In this document: positions 37,753-42,237 of the stretch, piece by piece | Layout of the letters: each line of letters opens with the position of its first letter | How positions within the stretch are numbered: position 1 is the stretch's first letter | From: Eubacteriales bacterium | GTDB lineage: Bacteria; Bacillota; Clostridia; Oscillospirales; CAG-272 | Direction of reading: 5' to 3' | Length of the DNA: 42,237 nucleotides | Assembly: GCA_045602305.1 (NCBI GenBank) | Contig: JAZSBJ010000039.1 | Location: 1-42,237 of the forward strand | Notes under the pieces: generated by a model | What the model was told of the DNA's origin: nothing | The model's database searches: none | Seen by the model: only the letters and a program-made list of their open reading frames with translations | Position numbers and translations under genes: made by a program

Positions 37753-40053
37753 TTACAGCTTGTTGCGAATAATTTTTCCACTCGTCGTTTTGGGAAGCTC
37801 CTCGCGGAACACGACGATACGGGGATATTTGTAAGGAGCCGTCTTTTGCTTGACGTAGTCCTGGATCTCCTTTTTGAGGTCATCCGAGGGCTCGGTGCCC
37901 TTCGTCAAGACGATGGACGCCTTGACCACCTGACCTCTTACGGGATCGGGGGCGGCGGAAACACCGCACTCAAGCACGTAGGGAAGCTCCATAATGACGT
38001 TCTCGATCTCGAAGGGACCGATGCGGTAGCCCGAGGACTTGATGACGTCATCCACTCTGCCGACGTACCAATAGAAGCCGTCCTCATCGCGCCACGCGGT
38101 ATCGCCCGTGTGGTAAAGACCGTCGTGCCAAGCCTCGCGCGTTTTCTCCTCGTCGAGGTAGTAGCCTGCGAAAAGACCGCAAGGCGCGCCGTTTTCGGTA
38201 TGTACCACGATCTCACCCGTTTCACCGATGCCCACGCTCTTGCCGTCGGGGTCAACGATATCCACGTCGTAAAGGGGCACGGGCTTCCCCATCGAGCCGA
38301 GCTTGTGCGCGTCACCCACAAGGTTACCGATCATCAGAGTGCCCTCGGACTGACCGAAGCCTTCCATAATCTTAACGCCCATCAAGCGCTCGAGCTGACG
38401 GAACACCTCGGGGTTGAGTGCCTCGCCCGCCGTGGTTGCACGCTCGACCGAGGTCATATCGTACTTGCTGATATCCTCTTTGATCATCATACGGTACATC
38501 GTGGGGGGCGCGCAGAAGGTGGTGATGTGATATTTTGCGAACAGGGGGAGAATGTCTGCCGCCGAGAAGCGGTCAAAGTCGTAAACGAAGGTGGCACCCT
38601 CTGCCATCCACTGACCGTAGAGCTTGCCCCACATTGCCTTTGCCCAGCCCGTGTCCGAGATGGTAAAGTGGAGTCCTTCGGGGTTGACTCCGTGCCAATA
38701 TTTGGCGGTGAGGAAGTGACCGAGCGCATACTTGTAGTTGTGTGCGGCGATCTTGGGATAGCCCGTCGTGCCCGAGGTGAAGAACATCAGCATCAGATCG
38801 CTACCTGCGGGCGTTTCCTCGGTGCGGTCGAAATGGGTGCTGTAGAGCTTATATTCCTCGTCGAAACTGCGCCAGCCCTCTCGCGTGCCGCCGACCATAA
38901 TGCGGTTGACGACGTTCGGGCATTCGGCAAGTGCCGCCTCGGCTTCCAGCACAGTTTCCTCGTCCGAGGTGCAAAGGAGCGCGGATACGCCCGCCGCCCC
39001 GAAGCGATAGGAGAAGTCGTGCGACTTTAACTGATTGGTTGCGGGAATCGCGATGGCGCCGAGCTTGTTAAGACCGAGCATCGCAAACCAGAACTGATAG
39101 TGACGCTTGAGAACCAGCATCACGCGGTCGCCCTTCTTGATGCCGAGCGACTTAAAGTAGTTGGCACACTGCGCCGACGCACGCTTCATATCGAGGAAGG
39201 TGAAGCGGCGCTCGTTCTTTTCCTTGTCAAGATAGAGCATCGCGAGTTTTTCGGGCTTGGTCTTTGCCAGCTCATCCACGATGTCGTATGCAAAGTTAAA
39301 GGTTTCGGGGTTCTTGAAGGAGATCTTCTTAAGAACACCGTTTTCGTCCTCGACGGCGTCCACCCACTTGTCGTAAACGCGCTCCGTGGGCTCGGATACC
39401 ACCTTACGGCGCGGCTTATCCACAACGGATGCCTTTGCCGTTTCAAGCTCGGGAATGGGTTCACCCGAGGGGTTGAGGACCATTGCGTAGAAGGTACAGT
39501 CTTTTCCGCCCACAGCCTTCATACCGTGGGGGGTGGAGCTGTCGTAATAGATGCTGTCGCCCTCGTGAAGGGTGACCTTGTAGTCGCCCACCTGCACGCA
39601 AAGCGATCCCGAAATGACGATGTCGCACTCCTGACCGTCGTGCGTGGTAAGCTCGATCTCAGCGTCCTCGGCGCCCTTCGTATACGCGGCTCTGACGAAC
39701 AGAGGCTCGGCAATACGGTTACGGAAGGCAGAGGCAAGGTTAAAATACACCATACCGTGTGCCTGCTCGATGCGCTGTCCTTCCCCGTTTCTCGTTACGG
39801 TGTAGGCGGCGAGGCGAGGGCTCGTACCCTCGATAATATCCGTCACGTCCACGTTGAACGCCTGCGCGCAGCGGTAGATAAACGCGAAATTTAAATCGCT
39901 CTCTCCCTTTTCGCACGCAAGGTATTCCTGCTCGCTGACGCCCGTCTTTTTCGCCATCTCGCGGACGGTCAGCTGCTCGATTTCGCGAAGCTCGCGAATA
40001 CGCGCCGCCATTTCCTTGATCTTGGCGTCAAGACTCTTGTTTTGATTTTCCAT
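37753..40053 (-). CDS. Fusion protein: XRE-type HTH, cupin domain and AMP-forming acyl-CoA synthetase (ANL superfamily, medium/short-chain type)
   Basis: - 766 aa.
- aa ~15-70 (nt ~39843-40011): IRELREIEQLTVREMAKKTGVSEQEYLACEKGESD, an HTH_3 motif.
- aa ~95-195 (nt ~39468-39770): beta-rich cupin-like region (...DIVISGSLCVQVGDYKVTLHEGDSIYYDSSTPHGM).
- Ligase motifs: FFTSGTTGYPK, YGQSE-type GFGQSEG, YHTGD, SSGYRIGPFEIE and the terminal TTSGKI. Confidence 0.88.
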   Translation of the reverse strand: MENQNKSLDAKIKEMAARIRELREIEQLTVREMAKKTGVSEQEYLACEKGESDLNFAFIYRCAQAFNVDVTDIIEGTSPRLAAYTVTRNGEGQRIEQAHGMVYFNLASAFRNRIAEPLFVRAAYTKGAEDAEIELTTHDGQECDIVISGSLCVQVGDYKVTLHEGDSIYYDSSTPHGMKAVGGKDCTFYAMVLNPSGEPIPELETAKASVVDKPRRKVVSEPTERVYDKWVDAVEDENGVLKKISFKNPETFNFAYDIVDELAKTKPEKLAMLYLDKEKNERRFTFLDMKRASAQCANYFKSLGIKKGDRVMLVLKRHYQFWFAMLGLNKLGAIAIPATNQLKSHDFSYRFGAAGVSALLCTSDEETVLEAEAALAECPNVVNRIMVGGTREGWRSFDEEYKLYSTHFDRTEETPAGSDLMLMFFTSGTTGYPKIAAHNYKYALGHFLTAKYWHGVNPEGLHFTISDTGWAKAMWGKLYGQWMAEGATFVYDFDRFSAADILPLFAKYHITTFCAPPTMYRMMIKEDISKYDMTSVERATTAGEALNPEVFRQLERLMGVKIMEGFGQSEGTLMIGNLVGDAHKLGSMGKPVPLYDVDIVDPDGKSVGIGETGEIVVHTENGAPCGLFAGYYLDEEKTREAWHDGLYHTGDTAWRDEDGFYWYVGRVDDVIKSSGYRIGPFEIENVIMELPYVLECGVSAAPDPVRGQVVKASIVLTKGTEPSDDLKKEIQDYVKQKTAPYKYPRIVVFREELPKTTSGKIIRNKL

Positions 40054-40082
40054 AGCTTCTCCTTTGCCGAGGGGGAAAAGGA

Positions 40083-40378
40083 ATAAACAAAGCCCGCCTC
40101 AAAGACTTAAGATACTTTGAGACGAGCTATAATTTCTTATATCCCGCGGTACCACTCAAATTGCGTTCAAGCGAACGCCACTCTCGGACTCCAACGAAGT
40201 CCTATGCCTTAACGCAGCAGTCACGGAGAGGTTCTACGGCGTCCCTACGGAGCGCTTTCTTCCTCTCGGCTCGGAAGCTACAAGCAAAAGCAAGGTCTTT
40301 ACCGACTTGCACCTACCGTCGGCTCTCTGCAAAAGCCATTTGCTCTGCCCTCTTCGTCACAGCCTTTTATTCCTTTAT
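40083..40378 (-). promoter_or_regulatory. T-box riboswitch leader (tRNA-sensing transcription attenuator) with intrinsic terminator
   Basis: All elements are read on the minus strand.
- Stem I base and K-turn: GGC-UGUGAC-GAAG ... CUUC-C-GA-GCC.
- AG bulge AGAGAG (40328-40323).
- Distal loop GGUAGGUGCAA (40317-40307).
- F-box-like GCGUUA (40215-40210).
- Stem III GCGUUC-GCUU-GAACGC (40178-40163).
- T-box AAUUUGAGUGGUACCGCGGGA (around 40160-40143).
- Antiterminator: UUUGAG/CUCAAA plus GCGGG/CUCGU, flanking the bulge UGGUACC.
- Competing terminator: GCUCGUCUCAAAG...CUUUGAGGCGGGC (40127-40092) followed by UUUGUUUAUU. Confidence 0.9.
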
Positions 40379-40384
40379 GGTAAC

Positions 40385-40413
40385 AGTATATCAAGTCTTT
40401 CGGGGTTTGTCAA
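40385..40413 (-). promoter_or_regulatory. Near-consensus sigma-A promoter driving the T-box leader (-35 TTGACA, 17-nt spacer, -10 TATACT)
   Basis: On the minus strand, TTGACA is at 40413-40408 and TATACT at 40390-40385, separated by exactly 17 nt. Confidence 0.8.
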
Positions 40414-40462
40414 GTCTTTTTTTGTTTTTTTATATCCTTAAATATAAAAATTTGGCAACTCC

Positions 40463-42237
40463 TTACAGCTTGTTGTGCATAATCTTACCGCTGATGGTCT
40501 TGGGAAGCTCATCGCGGAACACAACGATACGGGGGTACTTGTAGGGGGCCGTATGCGTCTTGACGTATTCTTGGATCTCACGCTTCAGCTCTTCCGAGGG
40601 CTCGGTGCCCTTGGTGAGAACGATGGACGCCTTAACGACCTGACCTCTCACTTCGTCAGGCTCGGCAGAAACGCCACACTCAAGGACGTAGGGGAGCTCC
40701 ATTATGACGTTTTCGATCTCAAACGGACCGATGCGGTAGCCCGAGGACTTGATGACGTCGTCGATACGGCTCACGTAATGGAAGAAGCCGTCCTCGTCGC
40801 GCCAAGCGACGTCGCCCGTGTGATACATACCGTCGTGCCAGACCTCACGCGTTTTTTCCTCGTCGCCGTAGTAGCCGAGGAAGAGTCCGCAAGGCACGCG
40901 CTTATCGGTACGCACGACGATCTCTCCGTTTTCACCCGTGCCGACACTGTTGCCGTCCGCGTCCACGATGTCGATGTCGTAGAGGGGCATAGCACGCCCC
41001 ATCGAGCCGAGCTTGGGGGTGGTGCCCGCCATATTGGCGATGGTGAGGGTGGTTTCGGTCTGACCAAAGCCTTCCATTACGGAAAGTCCCGTTGCCTTTT
41101 TAAACTGCGAGAACACCTCGGGGTTGAGTGCCTCGCCCGCCGTCGTTGCGTGGCGGATGGAAGAAAGATCGTACTTTGAGAGATCTTCCTTGATGAGCAT
41201 ACGGTACATCGTGGGGGGCGCGCAGAAGGTGGTGATGTGATACTTGGCAAAGAGAGGAAGAATTTCTGCGGCGTGGAAACGGTCAAAGTCGTAGGTAAAG
41301 ACCGCGCCCTCTGCCATCCACTGACCGTAGAGCTTGCCCCAAAGCGCCTTGCCCCAGCCCGTTTCGGAGATGGTCAAGTGCAGATCGGAGGGGCGAATGT
41401 CGTGCCAATATCTTGCCGTCGGGTAATGACCGAGCGCATACTTGTAGCTGTGCGCGGCGATCTTGGGATAGCCCGTCGTTCCCGAGGTGAAGAACATCAG
41501 CATCGGGTCGGAGCCGCAAGCGGTGTCCTCGGTTCTCTCGTAATGCGTGCTGAAAAGGGCATACTCCTCTTCAAAGGAGTGCCAGCCCTCACGCGTGCCG
41601 CCGACGAGGATCTTGGTTGCAAGGGTGGGGGATTCCTTGGCGGCAACGTCGATCTCCTCTGCCGTATTGTCAGAGCCGACGCAAAGGATCGCCTTTACGC
41701 CTGCCGCATTAAAGCGATAGGAGAAGTCGTGCGACTTCAGCTGGTTGGTTGCGGGGATAGCGATCGCACCCAGCTTGTGAAGACCGAGGATGGCAAACCA
41801 GAAGGTGTAGTGGCGCTTTAAGACCAGCATTACGCGGTCGCCCTTCTCGATGCCGAGGGACTTGAAATAGTTTGCGGCGCGCGCGGACGCACGCTTGATG
41901 TCGCGGAAGGTGAAGCGGCGCTCTACCTTGTCGCTATCCAGGTGAAGCATTGCGAGCTTGTCGGGATATTTGTCCGCAAGCGCGTCCACCGTATCAAAGG
42001 CAAAGTTATATTTTTCCTCGTTTTCAAAGGCGATGTCGGTCAAAACACCCTTTTCGTCCTCGGTGCATTTGATAAAATCGCCGATGAGCAGCTTCTCACG
42101 TCTGCCCGATACGGCAAGGCTCTCTGCCTGCTCCTTTTCATCTGCTCCCTCTTCACCGGGAAGCACGACGGCGCAGAAGACGCACTCGCGCCCGCCAACG
42201 GCGATCATACCGTGGGGGGTGCCGCTTTCGTAATAGA
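40463..42237 (-). CDS. Second HTH(?)-cupin-acyl-CoA synthetase paralog; the 5' end is beyond the right edge
   Basis: The reading frame stays open to the window edge. The last codons translate as ...YYESGTPHGMIAVGGRECVFCAVVL, aligning with the cupin C-terminus (IYYDSSTPHGMKAVGGKDCTFYAMVL) of the downstream paralog. The ligase part is collinear and highly similar (FFTSGTTGYPK, YHTGD, SSGYRIGPFEIE, TISGKI). Confidence 0.88.
   Translation of the reverse strand, partial: YYESGTPHGMIAVGGRECVFCAVVLPGEEGADEKEQAESLAVSGRREKLLIGDFIKCTEDEKGVLTDIAFENEEKYNFAFDTVDALADKYPDKLAMLHLDSDKVERRFTFRDIKRASARAANYFKSLGIEKGDRVMLVLKRHYTFWFAILGLHKLGAIAIPATNQLKSHDFSYRFNAAGVKAILCVGSDNTAEEIDVAAKESPTLATKILVGGTREGWHSFEEEYALFSTHYERTEDTACGSDPMLMFFTSGTTGYPKIAAHSYKYALGHYPTARYWHDIRPSDLHLTISETGWGKALWGKLYGQWMAEGAVFTYDFDRFHAAEILPLFAKYHITTFCAPPTMYRMLIKEDLSKYDLSSIRHATTAGEALNPEVFSQFKKATGLSVMEGFGQTETTLTIANMAGTTPKLGSMGRAMPLYDIDIVDADGNSVGTGENGEIVVRTDKRVPCGLFLGYYGDEEKTREVWHDGMYHTGDVAWRDEDGFFHYVSRIDDVIKSSGYRIGPFEIENVIMELPYVLECGVSAEPDEVRGQVVKASIVLTKGTEPSEELKREIQEYVKTHTAPYKYPRIVVFRDELPKTISGKIMHNKL

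Noticed and set aside
40278-40284. Alternative T-box specifier readings: UGU (Cys), or CUU/UUG (Leu).
   Set aside because: Cys is unlikely because the T-box bulge is UGGU, which pairs with discriminator A73, whereas tRNA-Cys has U73. The Leu readings are not followed directly by the closing purine and helix in my fold. They are not formally excluded without a covariance-model alignment.

Overview
This is a 42.2-kb chromosomal window from what looks like a Firmicutes/Clostridia-type anaerobe. That placement is an inference from the T-box leader, a YtvI-like permease, ferredoxin-dependent 2-oxoacid oxidoreductases and strong G/C-ending codon use. No rRNA, tRNA, CRISPR array, transposase or integrase was recognised.

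Left part (1-10.5 kb), ordinary housekeeping:
- start of the S10 r-protein operon (rpsJ-rplC, minus strand)
- a polytopic membrane protein, polA and rpmB
- an AI-2E/YtvI-like permease and a cyclophilin
- an SbcD/SbcC-like (YhaO/YhaN-like) nuclease-ATPase pair

A short, visibly AT-richer islet (10.5-12.3 kb) carries an orphan membrane protein, a small XRE regulator and a duplicated terminator-like repeat.

Centre (12.3-30.8 kb), the main finding. One ~18.4-kb minus-strand five-gene operon encodes, in order:
- (i) a secreted, membrane-anchored vWA (MIDAS) protein
- (ii, iii) two paralogous ~1,270-aa proteins whose N-termini carry the tubulin/FtsZ G-box signature AGGTGSG
- (iv) a 663-aa protein with a transmembrane hairpin
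- (v) a 1,818-aa polytopic protein with a degenerate SF2-helicase-like module, a four-Cys zinc ribbon and a C-terminal transglutaminase-like Cys-His-Asp core

I consider this the candidate undescribed system: a membrane-spanning tubulin-like apparatus of unknown function.

Right part (31-42.2 kb):
- metY-metA
- a T-box-controlled operon: HTH-cupin-fused AMP-forming acyl-CoA ligase, MinD-like ATPase, four-subunit 2-oxoacid:ferredoxin oxidoreductase, ilvE. It reads as a pathway making a branched-chain amino acid, possibly valine, by reductive carboxylation of a short branched-chain fatty acid.
- a second ligase paralog that runs off the right edge

The many very long antisense ORFs in the track are codon-phase shadows, not genes.
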